The position numbers and the translations under genes were made by a program. A DNA stretch of 64,000 bases. Origin: a virus (taxonomy: Duplodnaviria > Caudoviricetes). Location: positions 1,634 to 65,633 of the IMG/VR virus record IMGVR_UViG_3300026035_000001; one strand, 5' to 3'. Under the pieces are notes generated by a model. It was not told the DNA's origin. It saw only the letters and a program-made list of their open reading frames with translations, and made no database searches. This document shows, piece by piece, positions 30,174 through 39,412 of this stretch; position 1 is the first letter of the stretch; every line of letters begins with the position of its first letter.

Positions 30174-30316
30174 GCTTCTTTCGTCAGGACCGGACCCGCA
30201 GCACCGGCCGGTGCAATAAATCTGGAGTTGGATACTCCCGGCGGCCCTAAACCAGCCGCTGATTGTGGGGTTCGATTCCCCACCGGATTTTGGGCGTCGG
30301 CCCTGACGAAAGAAGC
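30174..30316 (+). ncRNA. 143-nt RNA: perfect 15-bp stalk carrying a tRNA-like domain (possible CUA anticodon)
   Basis: GCTTCTTTCGTCAGG/CCTGACGAAAGAAGC; D arm GGAG-TTGGATA-CTCC; bulged 6-bp arm with loop CC CTA AA; T arm GTGGGG-TTCGATT-CCCCAC; acceptor-like AAATCT/GGATTT; no CCA. Confidence 0.7.
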
Positions 30317-30550
30317 ATACCCGAAGGGGAGCGCCGCGTGGTCAGGGACTTGTCCCATTAGCCCGCCCTGGACAATGAGAAGGGGCAAACAGCGGCAACT
30401 TTATTGAGTTCGGCGGACCCTGCCAGCTGCGTTGGCCCCATTTCCTCCCGGGCTTGGACCCAGCTAAGCGCGCAGGCCTCGCCGGGATGGCGGCGTGTCC
30501 AGCGCCGTCAGCGGCCCCGGTTCGGTGATGCGGCCGGGGCCGCATTCGTT
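30317..30550 (+). ncRNA. structured 3' domain with kissing-loop potential and terminal hairpin
   Basis: Loop TGTCCAG (30496-30502) of an 8-bp hairpin is complementary to CTGGACA (30368-30374); 10-bp hairpin 30511-30543 followed by ATTCGTTT. Confidence 0.5.
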
Positions 30551-30564
30551 TCAGGGAGGATTCG

Positions 30565-30705
30565 ATGCGATCGAAGGCAAAGCGCATGAATGTTGCCCGT
30601 GGCGGCAAGCGCGGTCGATCTGGCTTTAAACTGTCTTGTCGACGTCGTTTCCGTAGGGAGGAAAATAAGAATGTCAAATGCACCGGCCCATACCCCAGAG
30701 CATGA
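30565..30705 (+). CDS. 46-aa Arg/Lys-rich peptide
   Basis: GGGAGG SD; MRSKAKRMNVARGGKRGRSGFKLSCRRRFRREENK... Confidence 0.45.
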   Translation: MRSKAKRMNVARGGKRGRSGFKLSCRRRFRREENKNVKCTGPYPRA

Positions 30706-30910
30706 CGAGATCATGAAGATTGTTGCTATAATGCAGCAGCGGTCGAAACTGATCGATTTGGCCATTCTGATCACGATTGGGAAAGATGGAAGACCCGTCG
30801 TCGCCGGCAATGCGACACCGGAAGAAATGAGCAACATCATGTCGACATTGGGAGGAGCTCGCGATTTTATCGCCGGGACTACCGTTCTCCCAGATTGGCA
30901 GGAAAACTGA
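30671..30910 (+). CDS. hypothetical protein
   Basis: GGAGG SD before MSNAP. Confidence 0.7.
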   Translation: MSNAPAHTPEHDEIMKIVAIMQQRSKLIDLAILITIGKDGRPVVAGNATPEEMSNIMSTLGGARDFIAGTTVLPDWQEN

Positions 30911-30912
30911 AA

Positions 30913-31143
30913 ATGCCGAATCCATCCGAACAGACGGTCGCCGGCATCCAGGCCAAATGGGACGAATGGCGCCGCAAGATCAATGACCGGTCTTGCACCG
31001 AGTTCGAGTGGCCCCATGCGGCACAGCCGCAGCAGTTGGGCCTTTGCGAAGTCCTGGTCGATGAGCTCGGCAGGCTCTGGCGCGTCGAGCCGAGCCGGGA
31101 CAGCATCAAGATGAAAATGGTGATCGACCCGAGGCCATCCTGA
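30913..31143 (+). CDS. hypothetical protein
   Basis: 76 aa, in operon. Confidence 0.65.
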   Translation: MPNPSEQTVAGIQAKWDEWRRKINDRSCTEFEWPHAAQPQQLGLCEVLVDELGRLWRVEPSRDSIKMKMVIDPRPS

Positions 31144-31337
31144 TGAGGTTCCTCCGCCGCATCGCCTGTCTCTTCAAAGCCTGCCCCGGTCGCATCGACC
31201 ACGACAAGCATTCGGTCTATTGGGAATGCGTGATCTGCGGCAAGAAGGATCGCGCTGAGCCATGCGGTGATCACTGGAAGCCGTTCCCGCCGAGCGTTCC
31301 GCAAGTCCCTCCAACATGGTCGAGAAAATCAACATGA
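31143..31337 (+). CDS. small Cys-containing protein
   Basis: TGATG coupling; CPG...CVICG. Confidence 0.55.
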   Translation: MRFLRRIACLFKACPGRIDHDKHSVYWECVICGKKDRAEPCGDHWKPFPPSVPQVPPTWSRKST

Positions 31338-31648
31338 GCGAGTTCAAGAAATATCGCCGCACCCAGATCGCCGAAATGCGGCCATGGACACCGGACGTCG
31401 ACATGACGACGGTTTCCGTCAGCGTTCCGGACAAGGAAGCGGGATCACCGAAGGCCGGTGATATGATCGCGCGCAACCCGAAGAATCATGCCGATCAGTG
31501 GCTGGTAGCGGCTCAGTATTTTGCAGATAATTTCGAGCCTATGCATCCGGCCGATTCCTTTCTCCTAAGCAGGCAGGCCGAGAAGCCTCCGGTGGTCCTC
31601 GACCCAGACGATCTCCAGGCCCAGCTTGGCCACCCAGCGAAGGACTGA
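31316..31648 (+). CDS. conserved phage hypothetical protein
   Basis: FKKYRRTQIAEMRPW...SPKAGDMIARNPKNHADQWLV..YFADNFE; start may be 31334. Confidence 0.75.
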   Translation: MVEKINMSEFKKYRRTQIAEMRPWTPDVDMTTVSVSVPDKEAGSPKAGDMIARNPKNHADQWLVAAQYFADNFEPMHPADSFLLSRQAEKPPVVLDPDDLQAQLGHPAKD

Positions 31649-31653
31649 AGACC

Positions 31654-31878
31654 ATGGCGCAATACATCGCTATCGTGGCCTACGGCGGCGGTGCCGTTGC
31701 CCATTACGGTCCGTTCGACGATCGAGATAGCGCCGAATCCTATGCCGACGGGATAACGAAGAGGCTGGACAATTGCACAAAGCGGGTGGTCGAGCTCATC
31801 CCGCTGGGCACCGGGAAGTTTCCCGGCGACCCAAATTTCGGGGATTACAACATCCCGCCGGGAGGAAACCACCCGTGA
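31654..31878 (+). CDS. hypothetical protein
   Basis: YGPFDDRDSAESYA motif; 74 aa. Confidence 0.65.
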   Translation: MAQYIAIVAYGGGAVAHYGPFDDRDSAESYADGITKRLDNCTKRVVELIPLGTGKFPGDPNFGDYNIPPGGNHP

Positions 31879-32057
31879 ACACGCTGCAGAATATCGCCCA
31901 AGACATGCGCGACAGCGATATCGATCAAGGTCACGCTGGCGCCGATGTCCAGTGGGGGCGGTACGAAGTACTGGCGCGTGTTGCGGTGGAGCGGATGGGG
32001 AAGGAAGGAATAATCAGCAAGATGGCGCTGAAGTCGATCCTTGAGGGCAAGTCGTGA
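31875..32057 (+). CDS. hypothetical protein
   Basis: GGAGG SD, GTGA coupling. Confidence 0.6.
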   Translation: MNTLQNIAQDMRDSDIDQGHAGADVQWGRYEVLARVAVERMGKEGIISKMALKSILEGKS

Positions 32058-32257
32058 AGCTCACTCGCCGGCAGCGCCATTTTCTGGAGCTCCTATATCC
32101 CGACGGTACGATCGCCATCGGCCTTACCGTGGGCGCTGATCTGCGCCTGATGGGATTGGTGCGGATCGCGAAATACGGCCGTTATGGGATCACCGAGGCC
32201 GGCGCCCAGGCGATCGGCAAGAGCGGCGGTCATCAGCAGAAAAGGAAAGAGCCATGA
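32054..32257 (+). CDS. hypothetical protein (wing-helix-like)
   Basis: KLTRRQRHFL...LMGLVRI..YGITEAG. Confidence 0.6.
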   Translation: MKLTRRQRHFLELLYPDGTIAIGLTVGADLRLMGLVRIAKYGRYGITEAGAQAIGKSGGHQQKRKEP

Positions 32258-32412
32258 TATGGTGCGTTATGTTTTTCTATATCGACACGCACGAGCCAGT
32301 GAACGTCGCGGCGGTAAGGGACCTTCCGCGCGCAGAAGCCGAATCCTTCGCGGCTGAACGTCGCCCCGGAATCTACGGCGTGGCGCGGCCTCAACCGGCT
32401 AAAGGCTGCTAG
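32254..32412 (+). CDS. hypothetical peptide (52 aa)
   Basis: ATGA coupling, AGGA SD; own translation. Confidence 0.45.
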   Translation: MIWCVMFFYIDTHEPVNVAAVRDLPRAEAESFAAERRPGIYGVARPQPAKGC

Positions 32413-32444
32413 TTTTCCTTTTCATCACAATAATGGAGGCCGCT

Positions 32445-32570
32445 GTGATCCGCTGGGACGCCACGCCATTCGACCAGATTTGCAGATGGGCCGGGTTCTT
32501 CGGCTTCCTGGCGCTCGGTGCGCTCTGGTTCGATATTGTCGTGATCAGGGGAGGGATGGCGCCATGTTGA
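32445..32570 (+). CDS. small membrane peptide (41 aa)
   Basis: GGAGG SD, GTG start; WAGFFGFLALGALWFDIVVI. Confidence 0.5.
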   Translation: MIRWDATPFDQICRWAGFFGFLALGALWFDIVVIRGGMAPC

Positions 32571-32722
32571 GCGCCCACTACTCGCCGCTTGTGGATATCG
32601 TCTGCAGGGTCGTGATCCTGGCCGCGATAGCCCTCGGACTTTGTGCTATCCCGGGTTTCGTGGTCTATTTGCTGTGGGACAGCGAACCGCACCGGGAGGC
32701 TCCCGGCAATCGAAGGAAATAG
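32564..32722 (+). CDS. small membrane peptide (52 aa)
   Basis: GGAGGG SD; VVILAAIALGLCAIPGFVVYLLW. Confidence 0.55.
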   Translation: MLSAHYSPLVDIVCRVVILAAIALGLCAIPGFVVYLLWDSEPHREAPGNRRK

Positions 32723-32726
32723 CATA

Positions 32727-33050
32727 ATGGCCTATCAAAAGACCAATTACCCGAATGCCCTCGGTAACGCTCCAGCCGGGTTGGCAACATCCGCGCCGCA
32801 GCCTCCGACATCGATCAGCGGCCAGATCGCGGCCGTTCAGAACGAGGTGGAGATGTTCAGCATGATCCTCGGCCGGGTGCGTAATATCGCCGACGCTCTG
32901 AACGGAGCACACCCGCGCGCCATCGAGGGTATTGCCGAGGCCACACCAGATGAGGGACTGGCGGATCAGATCAACCGCAAGCGAGCGCAGTTGCGTGATC
33001 TCGGCAACGCGATCCAGTCCGAGCTCGATGGGATTGAGCGCGCCCTCTGA
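32727..33050 (+). CDS. coiled-coil hypothetical protein
   Basis: AAGGA SD before MAYQK. Confidence 0.7.
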   Translation: MAYQKTNYPNALGNAPAGLATSAPQPPTSISGQIAAVQNEVEMFSMILGRVRNIADALNGAHPRAIEGIAEATPDEGLADQINRKRAQLRDLGNAIQSELDGIERAL

Positions 33051-33091
33051 TTGCTCTATGGTGCGGGCCTCGACACCAGTGAGGCCCGCCC

Positions 33092-33325
33092 ATGTCCATT
33101 ATGCGAAATCTCACGCTCGCCAGCGCGAAGCACCTCATGAGCATGGGGCACATCACTCCTGACCACCATGCGCGGATCGTGGCCAGCGCCGGCAAGAGCC
33201 GCAAGCCGCGGCCATTCGGCTCGATGGCGCCACAGCAGGCCCAGGCGCCGATCCCAGGCGCCATGCCATCCCAGGCAGTCCCAGCCGGCACGGCGACTGG
33301 CTACGGCCAAGATGAGGCTGGATAG
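33092..33325 (+). CDS. hypothetical protein
   Basis: 77 aa, GAGG SD. Confidence 0.65.
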   Translation: MSIMRNLTLASAKHLMSMGHITPDHHARIVASAGKSRKPRPFGSMAPQQAQAPIPGAMPSQAVPAGTATGYGQDEAG

Positions 33326-33327
33326 GG

Positions 33328-33594
33328 ATGGAACAAGCCACCCAACTGATTCTAGCCATCGGCTTTCTGCTGAACGTGTTTATTGGGCTGATTACGGCCA
33401 TCCATACCATCAGGAATGGCAAAAAATCAGACAGGATCGAGGCCCAGCAAGCCGATATCCAGGAAAACGTCGCAACGCTGGAAAAGAACACAAATTCGAT
33501 CAAGGACGCGCTTGTTCTGTCGGTTGCAAAGGCTAACCTCGCCGAGGGCACCGCAATCGGGCTTGAGCAGGGCCGCAACGAACAGAGGCGGTGA
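33328..33594 (+). CDS. TM plus coiled-coil protein (holin/spanin-like)
   Basis: LILAIGFLLNVFIGLITAI followed by a helix. Confidence 0.6.
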   Translation: MEQATQLILAIGFLLNVFIGLITAIHTIRNGKKSDRIEAQQADIQENVATLEKNTNSIKDALVLSVAKANLAEGTAIGLEQGRNEQRR

Positions 33595-33776
33595 TGCCGA
33601 TCGTATCCAAGGCGCAGCAGCGCTGGGCCTACGCGAATCAGAACGAGGACAGCAGCGAGGGCGCCGCGGCGCGCGACTTCATCGCAGCCACGCCGAAGGG
33701 CGCCTACAAGAGCTTGCCGGCGCGCAAGAAGCCTGCGAAGAAAGAGCGCAAGTTCGGCCAGCTTGGAGGTGACTGA
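33591..33776 (+). CDS. small basic phage protein
   Basis: MPIVSKAQQRWAYA, common upstream of terminase genes. Confidence 0.65.
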   Translation: MMPIVSKAQQRWAYANQNEDSSEGAAARDFIAATPKGAYKSLPARKKPAKKERKFGQLGGD

Positions 33777-34147
33777 TGGCGTTCAACGTCCGTATATTCG
33801 GCTATTCGGGCCTCGCCCAGATGCATGCTTCGCAGCTGCGCCAGTACAACGCCCAATCGGTGTTCCTGGCCGAGGAGCCGCCGCTGTGGTCGGCGGTCGC
33901 AGCGTCGAACGGCGCGGTCGCGGTCGCGATGGTCTCGCCGATCGCTGCGAACCTGGATTCCGCCCGCGTGCTCGGCATCGAAGTCCCTGACGGCCAGCAG
34001 ATACGCTATGAACTCCAATTGCTCGGGCCCCTGGCCTCGAACGCGCGGACCCCGGGCAATCTCTCGCGCCGCATGAGCGGCTTCGATTTCATCACCTGGA
34101 ATGCCAGCGCCACCTTCAGTTTCGTGGACGCGGCCAACTTCCTGTAA
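33776..34147 (+). CDS. hypothetical protein
   Basis: GGAGG SD, TGATG coupling. Confidence 0.75.
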   Translation: MAFNVRIFGYSGLAQMHASQLRQYNAQSVFLAEEPPLWSAVAASNGAVAVAMVSPIAANLDSARVLGIEVPDGQQIRYELQLLGPLASNARTPGNLSRRMSGFDFITWNASATFSFVDAANFL

Positions 34148-34148
34148 A

Positions 34149-35714
34149 ATGCTCGATCTCCCCGACCAGCAGCCGGTCGGAAAGAACACGCCGGCCTATG
34201 TCGCTCTGCTGAAGAAATTCGCGGATCGCGACGTCCGCATGAACACGCTGTATTTCGTGCTCGACGAAATCGGCAACTTGGTTCCGTATCGGCGCCGCGC
34301 CGCGCAGCTGCAGTACTCCTCGGCCCATTGGCTGCTGGATATCATCGTCAAGGCCCGCCAGCTTGGGTTCTCCACCGAGATCGCGATCGACATCACCGAT
34401 TGCTGCGTCTTCCGGAAGAACTTCAAGGCCGGCATCATCGATTTCACCCTCGACGACGCGAAGCTGAAGCTTCAGAAAATCAAGATCGCCTATTCCGGAC
34501 TGCCGCAGGCGATCCGCGATGTGGTCCAGATCATCAAGAATAACGAGGAGGAAATCTGGTTCTCGAACGGCTCCTCGGTGGTGGTCGGCACGACCCACCG
34601 CGGCGGCACGCTGCAGTATCTGTGGATTTCAGAGTTCGGCAAGATCGCCGCTGAAAAGCCGGACGTCGCCACCGAGATCATCACCGGCGCTCTCAACACG
34701 GTGGCCCCTGGTTGCATCGTCAAGATCGAATCAACTGCGCATGGCACGTCTGGCGCCTTCTATGACATGGTGCGCAAGGCCGAGGCGCGGATGAAGTCCG
34801 GCCGGCCGCTCTCGCAGCTGCATTACATGCTGCATTTCTTCGGCTGGTGGATGGACCCGAAATATCGGCTCCAGGCCTCGCTCATTACCGTACCGCAAGA
34901 GCTCATCGAATATTTCGCGGAGCTCCAGACCAAATATGGGATCAGCCTCGATGCCGACCAGCGCGCTTGGTATGCGCAGAAATACGAAGACCTTGGCCCC
35001 GACAAGATGCACGAGGAGTTCCCCTCGCACATCGATGAGTGTTTTTTCAATTCCCTGGAGGGGACATGGTTCAAGCGGCAATTGACCAAGGCGCGCGAGG
35101 AGCGCCGCATCGGGTATCCGATCCCGCATGACCCGAGTTATCGAGTAAACACCTTCTGGGACAAGGGGATGAACGAGAAAAACGATCTCAACTCGATCAT
35201 TTTCCACCAGACGGACGGCACCCGCCACCGAATTATCGATTATTACGAAAATGCCGGTGAGGGCATCGAGCATTACTGCGCGAAGGTGCTGGAGATCGGT
35301 GCCAAGCGGGGATTTGTGTTCGGCGAGCACTTCGGGCCGCACGATCTGACGCATCGCATCTGGGCAGCCGGCGCTCGCACCAGCGTCGAGATCGCCTCCA
35401 AGCTGGGAATCAAGTTCACCGAGGTGCCGCGGATCATCATGAAAGAGGACGCGATCGAGGCCGCGCGCAAGATGCTGAACCTGACCTGGATCGATGAGGA
35501 GCATTGCGCGCGACTGATCGAATGCCTCGACAACTACCGAAAGACGTGGAACAAACAACTGGCCCAGTGGACAAATGTGCCCTTGCACAATTGGGCATCG
35601 AACGCGGCCGATGCGCTCATGACCGGCGCGGTGGGCCTCAAGCCGGAAGCGGTCGAGACCGCAAATGGCCGGTCAAGAAAGAACCAGCCGCGAGGCTCGC
35701 AATGGTCGAGGTGA
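34149..35714 (+). CDS. terL: terminase large subunit
   Basis: IVKARQLGFST (Walker A), LWISE (Walker B), ESTA, FWDKG, GPHD, HNWASNAADA. Confidence 0.93.
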   Translation: MLDLPDQQPVGKNTPAYVALLKKFADRDVRMNTLYFVLDEIGNLVPYRRRAAQLQYSSAHWLLDIIVKARQLGFSTEIAIDITDCCVFRKNFKAGIIDFTLDDAKLKLQKIKIAYSGLPQAIRDVVQIIKNNEEEIWFSNGSSVVVGTTHRGGTLQYLWISEFGKIAAEKPDVATEIITGALNTVAPGCIVKIESTAHGTSGAFYDMVRKAEARMKSGRPLSQLHYMLHFFGWWMDPKYRLQASLITVPQELIEYFAELQTKYGISLDADQRAWYAQKYEDLGPDKMHEEFPSHIDECFFNSLEGTWFKRQLTKAREERRIGYPIPHDPSYRVNTFWDKGMNEKNDLNSIIFHQTDGTRHRIIDYYENAGEGIEHYCAKVLEIGAKRGFVFGEHFGPHDLTHRIWAAGARTSVEIASKLGIKFTEVPRIIMKEDAIEAARKMLNLTWIDEEHCARLIECLDNYRKTWNKQLAQWTNVPLHNWASNAADALMTGAVGLKPEAVETANGRSRKNQPRGSQWSR

Positions 35715-35719
35715 GGAAA

Positions 35720-35965
35720 ATGGGTGTCAAAAATCTCCGCGAATCGTTCAATGCTATAGCGGCGCCGACCTATACCGCGACGCTTGCGCTGATGGACACC
35801 AGCCGGGTTCACGATGTAGAATGCAATATCCTCACGTTCATAGGGACCAAGAGCAGCGGCGAGAAATTCACGATTTCGTCGCGACCGGTCAAAGGCGGGG
35901 AGGATGTGAATCTCGTTGCGGCCGAGACGGCGCACAAGCTTATGGATGAGGAAAAGCAGCCATGA
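35720..35965 (+). CDS. hypothetical protein
   Basis: GAGGA SD; 81 aa. Confidence 0.7.
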   Translation: MGVKNLRESFNAIAAPTYTATLALMDTSRVHDVECNILTFIGTKSSGEKFTISSRPVKGGEDVNLVAAETAHKLMDEEKQP

Positions 35966-36429
35966 ATGACCCGATCCTATCGATCCTGTTGAGGCGCCTT
36001 GTTCTCCCCGTCGCATTCTTGATCGCGGTCACGGTCATGGCATTGCTGTTTCCTCTGCCGGCACCGAGCCGCGCCGGCTCCGGCAATGCTATCACTTGCG
36101 ACAGCGCACCGCTGATTTACGACGCCTCGACCAACGGCGCTACGCGGCTATTCGCATCATCAGACACCAAGCGGACGCTCTATATTTGCGGCTATCTGAT
36201 CAACGTCGGCGGCACCGCCACGAACGTGAAACTGCAATATGGCACCGGATCGGCATGCGCCTCCAATACGGTAGACCTCACCCCGAATTGGGTGCTCGGC
36301 ATCTCCGGTCAGGTGAACATGCAGGGCGGCAACTGGGAGGGCATGACTGCGCCTCCTGGGTTTGATTTCTGCATCAAGACGTCTGCCGGCAACCCGGTCC
36401 AGGCCCTGGTATATGTGACCTATTTCTGA
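35962..36429 (+). CDS. predicted secreted beta-rich protein
   Basis: RR + long hydrophobic stretch + PSRA cleavage-like site. Confidence 0.75.
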   Translation: MNDPILSILLRRLVLPVAFLIAVTVMALLFPLPAPSRAGSGNAITCDSAPLIYDASTNGATRLFASSDTKRTLYICGYLINVGGTATNVKLQYGTGSACASNTVDLTPNWVLGISGQVNMQGGNWEGMTAPPGFDFCIKTSAGNPVQALVYVTYF

Positions 36430-36431
36430 TG

Positions 36432-36509
36432 CAGCCCGGCGGTGTCGCTTTCCGCTGAATCGGGCTGACAGGGGGCCGCACAAGCGACCTGAAAGACGTT
36501 GCGGCCCCC
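36432..36509 (+). promoter_or_regulatory. tandem intergenic hairpins
   Basis: CAGCCCG/CGGGCTG and GGGGGCCGCA/TGCGGCCCCC. Confidence 0.4.
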
Positions 36510-36529
36510 GAATAAAAAAGGATTGAGGA

Positions 36530-37000
36530 ATGTCGCATTTGATGAGCTCAGTGGAAAATCTGGAAGGATACGACCAGATCACGAAGGTTGGCGTGGGAGC
36601 AAACGTCCTGTTCCATATCCAGCCCGGCAGGCAGCGGCAGGGCCGCGACACTTTCCCAGCGCTGGTGCTGTCGCAGCACCCCGACGACGGGACGCTCGAT
36701 CTCCTGGTGTTTTTCGAGCCGGAGGATTTGATTTGGGAGCGCCGTGTCCCGGCCTTCACCGAGAATATGCCGAATCGCTGTTGGTCACCCGTCACTGATC
36801 AGCCGGGCGATGCACCCCTGGTCGGCGCCGACGGTGAGGCTCTGGAGGCGATCCGCTCCAGCATCGCGGATTTGAAGGCAAAAATGCTCGGGCCCTATCG
36901 GGAGCCGCCAAAATCGGTTATGGAGCATTTGGCGGATTTCGATGAGCGCTTGACGAAGCTGGAGCGTGCGGCGCAGCCGAAAGGCAAGAAGGGAAAGTAA
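36530..37000 (+). CDS. hypothetical protein
   Basis: 156 aa immediately before the portal gene. Confidence 0.75.
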   Translation: MSHLMSSVENLEGYDQITKVGVGANVLFHIQPGRQRQGRDTFPALVLSQHPDDGTLDLLVFFEPEDLIWERRVPAFTENMPNRCWSPVTDQPGDAPLVGADGEALEAIRSSIADLKAKMLGPYREPPKSVMEHLADFDERLTKLERAAQPKGKKGK

Positions 37001-39412
37001 ATGGCGCGGGGCGGGATTATCGATGACGTCGACTATGAGGACGTGACCGATAGCGGAGCGGCGGAGAACGACGACGCTTCCTCGCCAGATAGCCCACAGG
37101 CGCCGATCCCGCTCAGTAAGCGTAAGCCGAGCGCGCAGTTCCGCACCATGAAGTCGAGCATCCTGGCCGATCTCGAATACAGCGCAAAATGGCGCAAGCA
37201 GGCCACCGAGGACCTCGGATTTATCGCTGGCGACCAGTTGGCCGAGGAGGACAAGCAACTCCTCGACGAGCAGGGTCGGCCGCACATCGTCTTCAACCGA
37301 GTCGAGACGATCCTCAAAGCCATCGCCGGCATGGAGATCAACGGGCGGCACGAAATCCAGTTTCTGCCGCGCAATAATGCCGACACCGCCAAGAACGAAC
37401 TCCTCACCGCGGCATCGAAGTGGATGGCCGACGGCTGCGATGCCGAGGACGAGCAGAGCGAGGGTTTTCAGCAGGCGCTCGGCACCGGCATGGGCTGGGT
37501 GGAATGCCGCTATTCCTTCGAAGATGAACCGGAGGGCTCCTACATCGAGGAGGAGATTGACTGCCGCGAAATGGTCTGGGATCGCACCGCGCGCAAGAAG
37601 AACCTGCGCGACAGCCGCCGCATGGCGCGGCTCCGCCGCATGCCGCTCGCCGATGCGATGGAAATGTTCCCAGGCAAGACCAGACTGCAGATCGACGCGG
37701 TATGGGCGAACAACACCTATCTCGATGAGGCCACGCTGAAGTCGATCGAGGAAAAGCGTATCCGCGACGAAAACGACAGCGAGGACCATTACGACGATCG
37801 CAACGAAGTCACCGTAGTGGTGATGCAGTGGCGCGAGAAGGAAACCTATTACCGGGTTGCCGATGAGGCGACGAACACGATCCAGGAATACACCGAGGAG
37901 GAGCACGAAAAGATCAGTGCTCGCCTGAAGATGATCGGATCGCGCGTCGGGATGACGCCGAAGCTGCATTCGCGCAAAGCCTCGCGGTGGGCCTATTATC
38001 AGGCGTTCCTCGGCTCCGAAGGGCTCCTGGACAAGGTGACACCGGCGCCATGCGGCAAGCAATTCAGCTGGGCATGCATCACCGGCAGTTTCGACAAGAA
38101 AAAGCGCCAGTGGTACGGAGTGATTCGCGTGATGCGCGATCCGCAGATGTGGGCCAACAAGTTTATGTCCCAGATCATGCAGATTATGAACGCGACTGCG
38201 AAGGGCGGCATCCTGGCGGAGACGGACGCCTTCGATGATCAGCGCGAGGCCGAGGAGACCTATGCCCAGCCAGAGGCGATCACGTGGGTGGCGCCGAACG
38301 CGCTCTCCGGCGGAAAGCCGAAGATCATCCCGAAGCCGGGGCAGGGCGACGCCTCCGCCTATGTGAATCTCCTGACCTACGCGGTGAGCGCGATCACCGC
38401 GGTGACCGGCATCAACCTGGAGCTCCTCGGGCAGCAGGATCAGAACCAGCCGGGTATCGTCGAGCACATGCGCAAGCAGGCTGGAATGACCGTGCTCGCC
38501 ACCATGTTCGACAGCCTGCGCGGGTTCCTCAAGATCGTGGGCCGTAAGCGCCTGTTCTATATTCAAACCCGCGTGCCGGAGGGGACGCTGATCCGCGTCG
38601 CCGGGCAGGACTATCAGGGCGTGGCCGCGATCACGAAGGACAAGACCACCGGCCGCTATGACGTGGTGGTCGACGACGCGCCGACGTCGCCGAACCAGAA
38701 GGAAGCCAATTGGGCCGTGATGCAGCCGATGCTCACGATCTTCAAGGACCAACTGGCGGCCAATCCCGAGCTCCTGATCATGGCGCTGGAATACTCGCCG
38801 CTGCCGTCGGCGTTCGTGAGCGCGATGAAGAAGGTCATGGGGCAGCAGGCGGCTGATCCGGAGGCCCAGAAGTACAAGGAAACGATGAAGCAACTGGCGA
38901 TCTCCAAGCTGACGGCCGAGATCGACAAGGATCAATCGATCGCCGAGATGAACAATGCGAAGGCCGGCGCGACGTCGGCGACCGCGACATACGATCTCGC
39001 CATGGCGCAAAATCTCCTCGCAAAGAACGATATCGAGGGATTCCAGCATCACATCGAGGCGATGTCGACGGCGGCCAAAGCGGAAGTGGACAAGGCAAAT
39101 GCGGTCAAAGCGCATATCCAGGCGCAGCGCGAAGCGGTCGCGATCGGCCACGACCAGCAGCAGCATCAGTCCGATATGGCAGATGCCCATACCCAGCGGA
39201 CTGTTGACGTGCACCAAGCGCTCACCGACAGACTTCGGGCCCATCTTGAAGGGGCAAAAGTCGCTCATGGAGCGGTCAACGACCGAGGAGTCGCGGCCAT
39301 CAATCATATCGCCGCCCTGGCAGGAGCTCACCGCGACCTTGCCGGAGCTCACCGCGATAGAGTTGGCGCGATGGTGGACGCTCGGCCCGAGCCGAGGCCA
39401 GCAGCGCAATGA
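37001..39412 (+). CDS. portal protein (P22-like)
   Basis: 803 aa; FIAGDQL...GRPHIVFNRV, GMGWVE, RDPQMWANK, TGINLELLG, GRYDVVVD, long helical C-terminus. Confidence 0.88.
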   Translation: MARGGIIDDVDYEDVTDSGAAENDDASSPDSPQAPIPLSKRKPSAQFRTMKSSILADLEYSAKWRKQATEDLGFIAGDQLAEEDKQLLDEQGRPHIVFNRVETILKAIAGMEINGRHEIQFLPRNNADTAKNELLTAASKWMADGCDAEDEQSEGFQQALGTGMGWVECRYSFEDEPEGSYIEEEIDCREMVWDRTARKKNLRDSRRMARLRRMPLADAMEMFPGKTRLQIDAVWANNTYLDEATLKSIEEKRIRDENDSEDHYDDRNEVTVVVMQWREKETYYRVADEATNTIQEYTEEEHEKISARLKMIGSRVGMTPKLHSRKASRWAYYQAFLGSEGLLDKVTPAPCGKQFSWACITGSFDKKKRQWYGVIRVMRDPQMWANKFMSQIMQIMNATAKGGILAETDAFDDQREAEETYAQPEAITWVAPNALSGGKPKIIPKPGQGDASAYVNLLTYAVSAITAVTGINLELLGQQDQNQPGIVEHMRKQAGMTVLATMFDSLRGFLKIVGRKRLFYIQTRVPEGTLIRVAGQDYQGVAAITKDKTTGRYDVVVDDAPTSPNQKEANWAVMQPMLTIFKDQLAANPELLIMALEYSPLPSAFVSAMKKVMGQQAADPEAQKYKETMKQLAISKLTAEIDKDQSIAEMNNAKAGATSATATYDLAMAQNLLAKNDIEGFQHHIEAMSTAAKAEVDKANAVKAHIQAQREAVAIGHDQQQHQSDMADAHTQRTVDVHQALTDRLRAHLEGAKVAHGAVNDRGVAAINHIAALAGAHRDLAGAHRDRVGAMVDARPEPRPAAQ

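Noticed and set aside
30300-30316. Hammerhead ribozyme suggested by CTGACGA
   Set aside because: The motif is the 3' strand of the 15-bp stem; no downstream stem II-GAAA core.
39321-39358. Tandem repeat GGAGCTCACCGCGA x2 in the portal C-terminus; Pro/Ala repeats in the scaffold
   Set aside because: In-frame low-complexity coding duplication with no sign of a separate function.
36785-39409. 874-aa antisense ORF (also 12182-13357, 41404-42759, 52381-53748, 53778-55244)
   Set aside because: Shadow ORFs of GC-rich coding sequence, with no motifs and no SD.
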